A stretch of DNA of 64,000 nt from an uncultured Alphaproteobacteria bacterium (GTDB lineage: Bacteria > Pseudomonadota > Alphaproteobacteria > UBA3830 > JAIRWN01), in NCBI GenBank assembly GCA_964369315.1, contig CAYJEJ010000003.1, forward strand, positions 60,528 through 124,527. The letters run 5' to 3'. The translations under genes were made by a program, and so were the position numbers. The notes under the pieces were generated by a model, which saw only the letters and a list, made by a program, of their open reading frames with translations, searched no databases and had not been told where the DNA came from. This document shows positions 39,000 to 48,964 of the stretch, one piece after another (the stretch's first letter is position 1; the number at the start of each line of letters is the position of its first letter).

Positions 39000-39902
39000 A
39001 TGAAAAGGGCATTACTTATTGGAACTTCTGCGTTAATTTCTCTAGCATATTTGGAAAGCAATTCTTCCCTCGCCAAACCGCATACGGCTCAGCATGAGCA
39101 TCATGTTAAGGTGGCAAGCAATAAACATGAACATAAAATTGTTACTGAAAAACATTTAAAAAAAATGGTTAAAAAAATATCAGAAGAGCATATAAATAAA
39201 ATTGTAAAATCCATGCAGGAAAAGCATGGCATACCAAGTAATAGTGGACATAAAAAGATTGAACATGTCGCTGAAAAAAAGCATGTTGAAGTTGCACCAC
39301 ACCACGGTGTAGAGATTGAAAATCATGGTGCTCAAACGCATAAACTATCAATAAAAGAGCGTGCTAATCTTTTGAAAAATTCAGAGAGGTTTAAAGAAGT
39401 TCCAAAAGCCCCTACTTTAGAGAGGGCAACCCCAGAACAACTTAAAAAAGTTGAGCAAATGAGGAAAAAATTAAATGTCGAAAACAATGAAGGGACACAC
39501 AAAAAAACCATACTTGATGAAATAAAAGGAAATAAGGTTTTCCAAAAACAACGTGAGAAAAATATTGAAATAGAACATTTGGTAAAACCAGCAACACTTC
39601 ATCATGAAGAAAAAGTAGGTAAAACTTCAGAATTAATTCATGAACCAATTCACGAAAAGCAAACAGCTTTAGAGCATGAACCAATCGTGAAAGAGTCAAT
39701 CCCACAAGTTGAACGTAAAAAAGTTCCTGCTGAAAAACCTAATAAAGTTAAAGAAGAGGTTATTCAACATGAAATAGCTGAAGTTGTCCATCACGCAGCA
39801 CATGAAAAACCAAGCCTTCCAGAGCATGAGCAAAAGGCAATTCACAAAGAAACATTGAACAAAATTATGGGTCAATTAAAGGAAATCTTAAACTTCTTTT
39901 AA
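39000..39902 (+). CDS. secreted His/Lys/Glu-rich low-complexity protein
   Basis: Signal peptide MKRALLIGTSALISLAYLESNSSLA. The protein is rich in HEH/HH/KK and has degenerate HEPI repeats. No family was recognised. Confidence 0.6.
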   Translation: MKRALLIGTSALISLAYLESNSSLAKPHTAQHEHHVKVASNKHEHKIVTEKHLKKMVKKISEEHINKIVKSMQEKHGIPSNSGHKKIEHVAEKKHVEVAPHHGVEIENHGAQTHKLSIKERANLLKNSERFKEVPKAPTLERATPEQLKKVEQMRKKLNVENNEGTHKKTILDEIKGNKVFQKQREKNIEIEHLVKPATLHHEEKVGKTSELIHEPIHEKQTALEHEPIVKESIPQVERKKVPAEKPNKVKEEVIQHEIAEVVHHAAHEKPSLPEHEQKAIHKETLNKIMGQLKEILNFF

Positions 39903-39934
39903 TATGTGAACATCAGTCCTAAGTAATAGGTGAT

Positions 39935-39971
39935 ATGGCGTAGCTTTTTTATGGTTACGCCATTATTTTTG
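39935..39971 (+). terminator. rho-independent terminator after the His-rich protein gene
   Basis: Stem ATGGCGTA / TACGCCAT (8 bp) followed by TATTTTTG. Confidence 0.6.
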
Positions 39972-40033
39972 TTTGTATTTATTTTTAATAAAATTTATAA
40001 CTAATATTATTTTTAAAATTAATCCGGTTATAA

Positions 40034-41656
40034 ATGTATAAAATCTTTTGCGTGATATTCTTATTTATTGCAGTTTATTTTATTTATAAAGGTTATAAAA
40101 TAAAGTCTCGTGGTTCGGTAAACAAACAATTTTATAAAAACCTATTTGATGAAGCTCCAGTTGCAGTCATTACAACCGACTCTGATTTAAAAGTAAAAAT
40201 ATTTAATAAAGCTTGTGAACAGATTTTTGTTAATCAATTTTGTATTAAAATCAGAAAATCTGTTTTTGAACTGATGGATTTTGAAAAAAATCTTGAATTT
40301 AAAAATATCATAAACAACATTTTAAATTCTGCGAGTGATGAATCAGTGTCAACCGAAGTCTCATTCCCAGTGGACGGCAAAATTAAATTTTTTATCGTCC
40401 ATGTGCGTAATATCTCTGCGAACCTAAAAGTGAGTTTTTCTGGTTCTGGTATAACGCTATATTTTGTTGATATCACAGAAAGGAAACGCTTAGAAGAAAA
40501 ATTTAATCAATCACAAAAAATGGAGGCTGTTGGAAAACTTGCGGGCGGTGTTGCACATGATTTTAACAACCTTTTAACTGCTATTACAGGCTATTGTGAT
40601 TTGCTGTTAGCACGGCATTTGCCGAGCGACCAATCGTTTAATGATATTATGCAAATAAAACAAAATTCTAGCCGAGCAGCAAATTTAGTGAAGCAATTGC
40701 TCGCGTTTTCTCGCCGTCAGACATTGCAACCAAAGATTTTGGATGTGGCAGAACAATTGTCTGAAATTTCTATTCTTTTAAATCGTTTGATTGGCTCGAA
40801 AGTGAAATTGAATTTGGTTTATGAAAATAATTTTTCTGGTGCGATAAAAGTTGACCAAGTACAATTTGAACAGGTCATAATTAATTTAGCGGTCAATGCT
40901 AGGGATGCAATGCCTGATGGTGGGGTTTTAACCATAAAAAGCAGCACTGTCCATTTAGAAAATGCAGTTAACTCGAGCGTGGACACCATCCCTGCGGGTT
41001 CATATATATTAATAGAAATATCAGATACAGGGCAGGGGATTGAAATTTCAGATATAGCGAAAATTTTTGAACCATTTTTCTCAACTAAAGGTAGTGGTGC
41101 GGGCACTGGACTTGGTCTGTCAACTGTTTATGGCATTATGAATCAAACAGGGGGATTTATCTCGGTTGAGAATAAAATCGGTTTGGGGGTTAATTTCCAG
41201 CTGTATTTCCCTTATTATGAATTTGATTTTAATTCTACCCAAATTAGTGACCTTGACGATAATACACCAAAGACTGTCACCGACCTTACAGGGTCTGGGA
41301 AAATTCTTCTGATAGAAGATGAAGATACCGTGAGGTTATTTATGGCACGAGCCCTCAGGGACAAGGGATATGTCATTATTGAAGCGAGCGATGCAATACA
41401 AGGGATGGATATCATCCAAAATAACGATAATATAGCTTTAATAATCAGTGATGTGATGATGCCGTTAATGGAGGGCACTGAGTTTTTGCAAAAAATCAGA
41501 CAGATTGGTATCAATACCAGCGTTATGTTTATTTCAGGCTATGCAGAAGAGGATTTCAGAGATTTAATTGAAAAAACAGATAGCGTTTATTTTTTGCAAA
41601 AGCCATTTGGCATCCAAGAATTTGCTAGCAAAGTTAAGGAAATTTTGAACTTATAA
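40034..41656 (+). CDS. hybrid sensor histidine kinase / response regulator (PAS-HisKA-HATPase-REC; CckA-like)
   Basis: N-terminal TM helix, H-box AGGVAHDFNNLLTAITGY, N/G boxes NARDAM and GTGLGLS, and a C-terminal receiver ILLIEDED...DVMMP. Confidence 0.8.
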   Translation: MYKIFCVIFLFIAVYFIYKGYKIKSRGSVNKQFYKNLFDEAPVAVITTDSDLKVKIFNKACEQIFVNQFCIKIRKSVFELMDFEKNLEFKNIINNILNSASDESVSTEVSFPVDGKIKFFIVHVRNISANLKVSFSGSGITLYFVDITERKRLEEKFNQSQKMEAVGKLAGGVAHDFNNLLTAITGYCDLLLARHLPSDQSFNDIMQIKQNSSRAANLVKQLLAFSRRQTLQPKILDVAEQLSEISILLNRLIGSKVKLNLVYENNFSGAIKVDQVQFEQVIINLAVNARDAMPDGGVLTIKSSTVHLENAVNSSVDTIPAGSYILIEISDTGQGIEISDIAKIFEPFFSTKGSGAGTGLGLSTVYGIMNQTGGFISVENKIGLGVNFQLYFPYYEFDFNSTQISDLDDNTPKTVTDLTGSGKILLIEDEDTVRLFMARALRDKGYVIIEASDAIQGMDIIQNNDNIALIISDVMMPLMEGTEFLQKIRQIGINTSVMFISGYAEEDFRDLIEKTDSVYFLQKPFGIQEFASKVKEILNL

Positions 41657-41687
41657 AAGATGTATAGTTTTTTGATAATTAATCAGC

Positions 41688-42773
41688 TTAAATATCGAGT
41701 AGACTGTCCCACTCTTTCAAAATCTTTTCTTGGCTAAAACGTGAAGAAATATTTTTCGCTTCAAGACCAAGGTTTTTTCTTTGATTCTCGTCTGATATCA
41801 GTTCTCTAATTAATTTCTCTAGTGCAAACACATCTCGAGCAGGAAAAAGCCGACCATCTATTTTATCACGGACGATGTCAACGTTTCCTGAACAATCTGA
41901 TGCAATCACCGGAAGACCAACTGACATTGCTTCACATAAAGCATTTGGAAAACCTTCATATAGTGATGGGAAAACGAACAAATCCGCATCTAATAAAACA
42001 GGAAAAATGTCTTTTGTAATACTCGGTAAAAATATTCTCTTTTCCATGTTTAAATCTTTTATTAATTTTTCTAGGTTTTGTCTTTCACTGCCTTCACCAT
42101 ATATTGTTAAGGTGATGTTTTTATTATCTCTTGCAACGCGATGGAAGGCATTGATTAGGGTATCAAATGATTTAAACTTATCTAATCTGCCAGCAGAAAT
42201 TATGTTAATTCCTTCACGAGCTGCTGGAAGTGGTTTTTTTAATAATGTTGGTTTAATAACAAAATTTGGGATAATTTGAATGTTTTTTAATTTATAAAAT
42301 TTTTTAGTAGCACTTTTTGTTTGAAATATAACTTTTTTAGCTTTTGGATATAAAATATCCCTTAAAGTATTATATATTTTGCTTGGCAAATTATGAAAAC
42401 ATGGATTTGTTCGTTCACAGACGATGGTTGGGATACTTGTCCCCAAAATGGACAAAAGCACAGTGATATTTGTCACATCAAGAAAGGATATTATTATGTC
42501 TGGGTTTGATGAGAATATTGCCTTTCTTAAATAATAAATGCGTTTGCAAATATTAAACGTTCTTCTAAAAAAACTTAAATCTTCGTCACAGCTTTGATTA
42601 ATTTGATTGAGTCTTATAACCTGATTGAGCTGATAAAATGGCTTAGATTTACTATCTGCAAATGTAATTAAAGAGACCATATGCCCTTGTTCCGACCAAT
42701 GGTTAGCAAGACAAGACAAAACCCTTTCCGCACCGCCTGAATTCAATGATGAGATTACCAATGTGATGTTCAT
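41688..42773 (-). CDS. glycosyltransferase family 4 (GT-B fold)
   Basis: N-terminal GGAERV motif and C-terminal EGFPNALCEAMSVGLPVIASD (E-x7-E region). Confidence 0.8.
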   Translation of the reverse strand: MNITLVISSLNSGGAERVLSCLANHWSEQGHMVSLITFADSKSKPFYQLNQVIRLNQINQSCDEDLSFFRRTFNICKRIYYLRKAIFSSNPDIIISFLDVTNITVLLSILGTSIPTIVCERTNPCFHNLPSKIYNTLRDILYPKAKKVIFQTKSATKKFYKLKNIQIIPNFVIKPTLLKKPLPAAREGINIISAGRLDKFKSFDTLINAFHRVARDNKNITLTIYGEGSERQNLEKLIKDLNMEKRIFLPSITKDIFPVLLDADLFVFPSLYEGFPNALCEAMSVGLPVIASDCSGNVDIVRDKIDGRLFPARDVFALEKLIRELISDENQRKNLGLEAKNISSRFSQEKILKEWDSLLDI

Positions 42774-42794
42774 TTCGTCTTATGATAGAAGGAT

Positions 42795-43493
42795 TTATAA
42801 CTCATTATACAATATTCCATTGTGGATATTCATACGTAAATCAGCCATGGCTGCAAATTCTTTGTTATGGGTTACAAATATTACCCCCATATTTTTCTCT
42901 TTTGCCGTTTTTATAAATTCGTTCATCACTATGGAAGCATTTTCTTCATCGAGATTGCCAGTGGGCTCATCGGCGAACAATATTTTTGGTTGATTAACAA
43001 ACGCCCTTGCAATTGCAACTCGTTGTTGTTCACCACCAGATAATAGGTTGGTTCTTTGATTTTCTTTTGATTCTAATCCAAGCTTTATTAACAATGATTT
43101 GGCAGTATTTATAGCGACATTTTCATTTTGCTGTGCAAGGATTTGAGGGATTAATAAATTTTCAAGAACGCTAAATTCAGGCATCAAATGATGAAATTGG
43201 TACACAAATCCCATATAATTTAATCGAAGTTTCGTTTGCTCCACCTCACTCAAGGTTGAACAGTTTTTGTCGTTGATTATTATTTCTCCGCTGTCACATT
43301 TGTCCAGCAGTGCTGCAGTGTGTAATAAGGTGGATTTGCCTGAGCCAGAGGGGCCCACGATTGAAATAACTTGCCCTTTATTAAGTGAAAGGTTGATATT
43401 TTTCAATATTTGATGGCTTTTACCATCTCCTTGAATATATGATTTGTTAATATTTTTTAGTGTTAAAATAGGGCGACTAAGTGTTTCATTCAT
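42795..43493 (-). CDS. lolD: lipoprotein-releasing ABC transporter ATP-binding protein
   Basis: Walker A GPSGSGKST, signature LSGGEQQRVAIARA, Walker B ILFADEPTGNLD. It overlaps the upstream FtsX-type permease gene by 8 nt. Confidence 0.8.
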   Translation of the reverse strand: MNETLSRPILTLKNINKSYIQGDGKSHQILKNINLSLNKGQVISIVGPSGSGKSTLLHTAALLDKCDSGEIIINDKNCSTLSEVEQTKLRLNYMGFVYQFHHLMPEFSVLENLLIPQILAQQNENVAINTAKSLLIKLGLESKENQRTNLLSGGEQQRVAIARAFVNQPKILFADEPTGNLDEENASIVMNEFIKTAKEKNMGVIFVTHNKEFAAMADLRMNIHNGILYNEL

Positions 43494-44742
43494 ATTTTAA
43501 GGTCTCAGCTGGAGAGATTTTCCCCGCTCTTAAAGCTGGATAAATTGTTGATAAAAAAGAAAGAAGCAGGGCGATACAAACTGTTAAAATAACCTCCCGA
43601 GTATTTATAACTGCTGGTAATTGATAAAGATAATATACCTCATCTGGGAATAGATTCGTCTTTAGAAGAATTTCTAAAACTCTTCGTATTTTCTCTATAT
43701 TATTACAAAATAAAAGCCCAAGAATGGTGCCCAAGACTGTTCCAATGCAACCGATGAAAAAACCTGTCATCATGAACACTCGTATAATTGCCCATTTTTG
43801 CATGCCTATTGTCCTGAGGATAGCAATATCACGAGATTTATCACGAACCAACATCACCATACAAGAGATAACGTTTAAACTCGCGACCATAACAATCAGA
43901 GTTAATATGAGAAACATCACATTTCGCTCAACCGCAACGGCACTCATAAATGCTTTGTTTTTCTCCTGCCAATTTAATAGTGCGAGTTGATAGTCTTTGG
44001 ATAATTTTGAAAGTTTTTTATTAGTTTTGGGCGAGATATTATTATCTTTGAACGTCAATTCCATTTGAGAGACGCAGCCGTCTAGTTTAAACAGCTTTTG
44101 GGCATAATTTAATGGAATGAACGCAAACGAGCTATCATACTCGTGCATTCCTGTTGTGAATATTCCGCATATAAAAAAAGTTTTTGCCCGCGGGATGTAG
44201 CCAAATCCTCCCTCATTTATCTCAGGGGTGATGACCTTAACCTTATCGCCAATCCAGACGCCGAGTTTTCTAGCGAGATATTTACCAATCATAATTTCAT
44301 TTGCATCATCATTATTGGAGTAGGCTCGACCGTATGTAATATTATTTGAAATGATTTTTTTATTCGTTAGGTCTTGGCACTGCATTCCTCGTAATACGAC
44401 GCCCATGACCTGTTTTTCGCTTACTAACATTGCTTGACGTTCTATTATCGGGCTTATTTCCTCGATATTAGGGAAATGATTTTTGAATTTTGAGATGATT
44501 TCATCATATCCATAAATCCCGTCATTAGACTGAGAATATGCCGATATATGACCATTAAAACCAACTATATGAGAAATAAATTCTTGCCTAAAACCATTCA
44601 TTACTGACATAACAATAATTAGCGTTGCAACGCCCAGCATTATGCCCACAAAGGCAAAACCTGCGATTAAAGATATAAAGCCATCTTTTCTTTTTGACCT
44701 TAAATACCTCCAAGCTATTGTTAATTCGAGATTTTTCATCAA
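43486..44742 (-). CDS. lipoprotein-releasing system transmembrane protein (LolC/LolE family)
   Basis: 418 aa with MacB/FtsX-type topology: TM helix, large periplasmic loop, then 3 TM helices. It begins LELTIAWRYLRSKRK. Confidence 0.8.
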   Translation of the reverse strand: MMKNLELTIAWRYLRSKRKDGFISLIAGFAFVGIMLGVATLIIVMSVMNGFRQEFISHIVGFNGHISAYSQSNDGIYGYDEIISKFKNHFPNIEEISPIIERQAMLVSEKQVMGVVLRGMQCQDLTNKKIISNNITYGRAYSNNDDANEIMIGKYLARKLGVWIGDKVKVITPEINEGGFGYIPRAKTFFICGIFTTGMHEYDSSFAFIPLNYAQKLFKLDGCVSQMELTFKDNNISPKTNKKLSKLSKDYQLALLNWQEKNKAFMSAVAVERNVMFLILTLIVMVASLNVISCMVMLVRDKSRDIAILRTIGMQKWAIIRVFMMTGFFIGCIGTVLGTILGLLFCNNIEKIRRVLEILLKTNLFPDEVYYLYQLPAVINTREVILTVCIALLLSFLSTIYPALRAGKISPAETLKYE

Positions 44743-46058
44743 TTTTTAAAAGAATTAAGTTCTTTTTCTAACATAGGGACAACGACATCGAGCACATTGT
44801 CAATATGAATGTATAACTGCTCGCCAGTTTTACGATTTTTTATCTCAACGTTCTTATTTTCCAATGACTTCGCACCAACGACTATTTGATAAGGCAGCCC
44901 AATCAAATCGGCGTCCATCATTTTTAATCCAGCACGTTCGTTCCTGTCGTCATATAAAACTTCTACTCCCTTCGATATCAGGCAGTTATAGATTTCATCC
45001 GCAGCTTTTATGCACTCATCATTGCTCACTGAAATATTAATTAGTGAAATATGATACGGAGCGACAGGTAAAGGCCAAATTATTCCATTGTCATCGTGAT
45101 TTGCCTCTATAATTGCACCAACAAGCCTTGAAACGCCCATTCCATAAGAACCCATTTCAGGGTATGTTTGCTGACCTTGAGAATCGCTGATTGTCACGTT
45201 CATCGCCTTAGTATACTTTGTGCCAAAATTAAAAATATGACCGACTTCTATCCCTCGCGACTGACATAGGTTTTCTTTTGCAATGGGGCATTGATTAGCG
45301 TCATATTGGTCATCTGCCACGGCATAAATGCCAGAGAGCTCGTCAAATGCATCTTGCAAGTTGTTCATTTTGCTGTGTATTTGTTTGTCATAATAAAGGC
45401 TGCTTTCACCAGTGGATGCCAAAACATGAAACTCATGGCTCATATCACCGCCAATTGCACCAGAGTCAGCCTTGACGGGTATGGGAGTTAGTCCCATTTT
45501 TTGAAAAGTTTTAACATATGCATTAAACATGTTTTTATATGTGATTTTTGCTTGTTCTAAATTGATATCAAAAGAATAAGCATCTTTCATATAAAACTCG
45601 CGACCACGCATCACGCCAAACCTTGGTCTTAATTCATCACGAAACTTCCACTGTATTTGATAAAAAACTTTGGGCAAATCTTTATAGCTACGAACATGCC
45701 TGCGAAAAATATCGACGACTTGTTCTTCATTTGTTGGACTATAAAGCAATCTTCTGCCACGCCTGTCATCAAAACGCAGCAATTCCTCGCCATAAGAGTT
45801 TTCTCGACCGCTTTCTTCCCACAGCTCAACAGGTTGTATGGTCGACATCAATAATTCGGTTGAGCCAATATTTTCTTGCTCTTTTCTTATTATATCAGCA
45901 ACTTTATTAAGTACCCTAAGCCCTAGCGGTAACCAAGAATATATCCCGCTCGCAGTTTGTATAATCATTCCAGCACGGAGCATCAAACGGTGTGAGACGA
46001 TTTGGGCTTCTATTGGTGTTTCTTTTAAGGTGGGACAAAAAAAATTCGAAATACGCAT
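44739..46058 (-). CDS. proS: proline--tRNA ligase (short alphaproteobacterial form)
   Basis: Class II motifs FRDELRPRFGVMRGREFYMKDAYSF and GMGVSRL. At 439 aa it is too short to include an INS editing domain. Confidence 0.9.
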   Translation of the reverse strand: MRISNFFCPTLKETPIEAQIVSHRLMLRAGMIIQTASGIYSWLPLGLRVLNKVADIIRKEQENIGSTELLMSTIQPVELWEESGRENSYGEELLRFDDRRGRRLLYSPTNEEQVVDIFRRHVRSYKDLPKVFYQIQWKFRDELRPRFGVMRGREFYMKDAYSFDINLEQAKITYKNMFNAYVKTFQKMGLTPIPVKADSGAIGGDMSHEFHVLASTGESSLYYDKQIHSKMNNLQDAFDELSGIYAVADDQYDANQCPIAKENLCQSRGIEVGHIFNFGTKYTKAMNVTISDSQGQQTYPEMGSYGMGVSRLVGAIIEANHDDNGIIWPLPVAPYHISLINISVSNDECIKAADEIYNCLISKGVEVLYDDRNERAGLKMMDADLIGLPYQIVVGAKSLENKNVEIKNRKTGEQLYIHIDNVLDVVVPMLEKELNSFKN

Positions 46059-46072
46059 GGGTGCCTCTAGTA

Positions 46073-48523
46073 TTATTTTTTTTGGTGATTTTGGTTTTTT
46101 AAATTTTTACCATTGCCTATAACCTTCGAGCCATCAACTAATGCGTTTAATAAAACTTCATCAATTTTCTCAGCGTAAATTATTTCGAGTTTGTTGGTCA
46201 CCTTTTCAGGCAATTCCAAGATGTCTTTCTCGTTTTCTTTTGGAATAATGGCTGTTTTTATCCCGCTTCGGATGGCTGCTAGCAATTTTTCCTTAAGACC
46301 GCCAATCGCGAGAACATTCCCACTTAGTGTTATCTCACCGGTCATGGCGACATGTTTATATATGGGGATTCCAGTCAAAGCAGAAATCATCGAGGTCACC
46401 ATCGCAACACCAGCAGAAGGACCATCTTTTGGGGTAGCTCCCTCAGGCACATGAACATGTATGTCTGTTTTTTCAAAAATTTCATCACTCAGCCCATGTT
46501 TTTTTGATTGCGACCGGATGAAGCTGAGAGCGGCTTGAATTGACTCTTGCATAACCTCACCAAGTTTACCAGTGCAGGAAACTTTGCCTTTCCCAGACAT
46601 ACAAACAGCTTCTATTGAGAGCAGTTCACCACCAACTTCAGTCCACGCAAGACCATTTGTCACGCCAACAAGATTTTTATTGTCTGCTTGTAAGTGCTTG
46701 TATTTTGCAACTCCCAAATAATCTGAAAGATTTTGTTGAGACACATCACATAATGAATTTTCTTTTTCATTGGATGTGTTTTTCGTTTGTTTGTTATTTA
46801 AAGTAAGATTCTCTTCTTCTTCAGCGAGTTTGCGAACGATTTTTCTTGCTATTTTTGAAATCTCACGCTCTAGGTTCCTAACGCCAGCTTCACTAGTATA
46901 ACTGCGGATAATGTCTTTTAAAACACTGTCAGAAAGTTTAAATTCTCGTTTTTTTAGACCATTTAAAGAGCGTTGCTTATCGATTAGATGTTTTTTAGCT
47001 ATCTCAAGTTTTTCGTCCTCTGTATAACCAGATATGCGGATTATCTCCATCCTATCTAATAACGGTTTTGGTAAATTCAGCGTATTAGCGGTTGTGAGGA
47101 ACATCACATTTGATAGGTCATAATCAACCTCTAAGTAATGGTCATTGAACGAAGAATTTTGTTCAGGGTCTAACACCTCTAGAAGAGCAGCTGCTGGGTC
47201 TCCTCGCCAATCGGATGCGATTTTATCGATTTCATCCAATAAAAACAATGGGTTAGAGGTCTTTGCCTTTTTTATGCTTTGTATGATTTTGCCAGGCATA
47301 GCCCCGATGTATGTGCGTCTGTGACCACGGATTTCAGCCTCGTCCCGAACGCCTCCTAAAGAAATCCGCACAAACGAACGTCCTGTTGCCTCAGCTATTG
47401 ATTTGGCTAGTGATGTTTTTCCAACCCCAGGAGGTCCAACAAAGCACAAGATATTGGCATTAATTTTTTTTACGCGTTTTTGAACGGCGATATATTCAAT
47501 GATGCGGTCTTTTACCTCATGCAAGCCGTAATGTTGCTTGTCTAAGATGATTTTTGCTTCTTTAATATTATTTTTTATCTCAGATGATTTTTTCCAAGGC
47601 AGGTTGACAATCCAATCCAAATAATTTCTTGTCACAGTCGCCTCAGCCGACATGGGGCTCATTTGACGCAGTTTTTTTAGCTCGCCATGAGCTTTTTCTG
47701 AAGCCTCTATAGATAAGCCAGCTTTTTTTATCTGTAATTCAAGCTCAGCCAGTTCATCAGTTGACTCGTCGCCGTCGTTGAGCTCTTTTTGAATTGCCTT
47801 TATTTGTTCATTCAGATAGTAATCTTTTTGAGATTTTTCTACCTGTTTTTTTACTCTATTTTTTATTTTTGTTTCTACTTCAAGCAGTTCAATCTCTGCT
47901 TCAAGCAAAGCTAGCAATTTTTTTAATCTATGTTGAACATTTTTTGTTTCCAAAAGAAGCTGTTTATCAGCAACCCGCAGATGCAGGTGTGCCGCCACAG
48001 TATCACTCAGTTTAATTAATGATGTGATTTGATTCACCGAAACAATTGCTTCTATGGGGATTTTTCTATTCAGCTTAGAGTATTGGTCGAATTGAGATAA
48101 CAAGGTTCTTCTCAAAGCATCGACCTTTTTTCCTGTAGATTCGCTCTCTTTAATTAGTTTTGCACTTGCAGTAAGGAACGCCCCAGATTGTTCAATATTT
48201 TTTATCTCAGCACGACCGTGACCCTCAACCAAGACTTTTACTGTGCCGTCTTGCATTTTTAAAAGTTGAAGAATCGTACCAATTGTTCCCACTTCAAACA
48301 AATCATCGGACTTTGGCGAGTCTACGTCGGGTTTTTTTTGAGTGACTAATAAAATCTTCTTATCTGTGTTTAAAACGCTTTCCAAAGCTTGAACAGAAGC
48401 GTCTCTCCCAACAAAAAGCGGCACTATCATATTCGGGAATATGACAATATCCCTCAAAGGAAGGACAGGATACCTTTGTTTCGAGCGACTTTTTATTAAA
48501 GGCGTTTTTATTGATTCTGTCAT
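46073..48523 (-). CDS. lon: endopeptidase La (Lon protease)
   Basis: LON N-domain, Walker A GPPGVGKTS, proteolytic PKDGPSAG; 816 aa. Confidence 0.95.
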   Translation of the reverse strand: MTESIKTPLIKSRSKQRYPVLPLRDIVIFPNMIVPLFVGRDASVQALESVLNTDKKILLVTQKKPDVDSPKSDDLFEVGTIGTILQLLKMQDGTVKVLVEGHGRAEIKNIEQSGAFLTASAKLIKESESTGKKVDALRRTLLSQFDQYSKLNRKIPIEAIVSVNQITSLIKLSDTVAAHLHLRVADKQLLLETKNVQHRLKKLLALLEAEIELLEVETKIKNRVKKQVEKSQKDYYLNEQIKAIQKELNDGDESTDELAELELQIKKAGLSIEASEKAHGELKKLRQMSPMSAEATVTRNYLDWIVNLPWKKSSEIKNNIKEAKIILDKQHYGLHEVKDRIIEYIAVQKRVKKINANILCFVGPPGVGKTSLAKSIAEATGRSFVRISLGGVRDEAEIRGHRRTYIGAMPGKIIQSIKKAKTSNPLFLLDEIDKIASDWRGDPAAALLEVLDPEQNSSFNDHYLEVDYDLSNVMFLTTANTLNLPKPLLDRMEIIRISGYTEDEKLEIAKKHLIDKQRSLNGLKKREFKLSDSVLKDIIRSYTSEAGVRNLEREISKIARKIVRKLAEEEENLTLNNKQTKNTSNEKENSLCDVSQQNLSDYLGVAKYKHLQADNKNLVGVTNGLAWTEVGGELLSIEAVCMSGKGKVSCTGKLGEVMQESIQAALSFIRSQSKKHGLSDEIFEKTDIHVHVPEGATPKDGPSAGVAMVTSMISALTGIPIYKHVAMTGEITLSGNVLAIGGLKEKLLAAIRSGIKTAIIPKENEKDILELPEKVTNKLEIIYAEKIDEVLLNALVDGSKVIGNGKNLKNQNHQKK

Positions 48524-48681
48524 ATCTTACGTATTACCAAACTACTTTGAAGAACATAGTCAACATAATCCAAGAAAAACAAACGGCACTACATCAATCG
48601 ATAATAAAAATAATATTGACGAGCATGTCCAAAAATTTTTGTACGATTTATAGTCTCAAATTAATTAAACAACGAAAAAGA

Positions 48682-48849
48682 TTATTTAATTTTTGTTTCT
48701 CTAAACATAACGTGTTTACGAGCCCTAGGGTCGTATTTTTTCATTTCTAATTTTTCTGTTTTTGTCCGAGGGTTTTTCTTTTTTACATAAAAATAGCCAG
48801 TCTCGGCGGTGCTTAACATTTTTATATTAATAGTGTTTCCTTTTGCCAT
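48682..48849 (-). CDS. rpmG: 50S ribosomal protein L33
   Basis: This 55-aa gene is absent from the ORF track. My reverse-strand translation is [55 protein letters not shown]. Confidence 0.85.
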   Translation of the reverse strand: MAKGNTINIKMLSTAETGYFYVKKKNPRTKTEKLEMKKYDPRARKHVMFRETKIK

Positions 48850-48964
48850 ATCCTAACTCCTAATCTAGTCAAACAAGTATATTGATATAATCATCTTTAA
48901 GTTACATAATAACCAACAACATAATATAGTTTATTGGTAAAAAAGCAAAGGGATACTGAAAAAA

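Noticed and set aside
39000-39902. WH2-like actin-binding motifs (KKTILDEIKGNKVFQK, ANLLKNSERFKEV) in the His-rich secreted protein
   Set aside because: The spacing between the hydrophobic pair, the Ile and the Gly is one residue short. The LKKV/T element is also missing. In a Lys/Glu-rich low-complexity protein such matches arise by chance.
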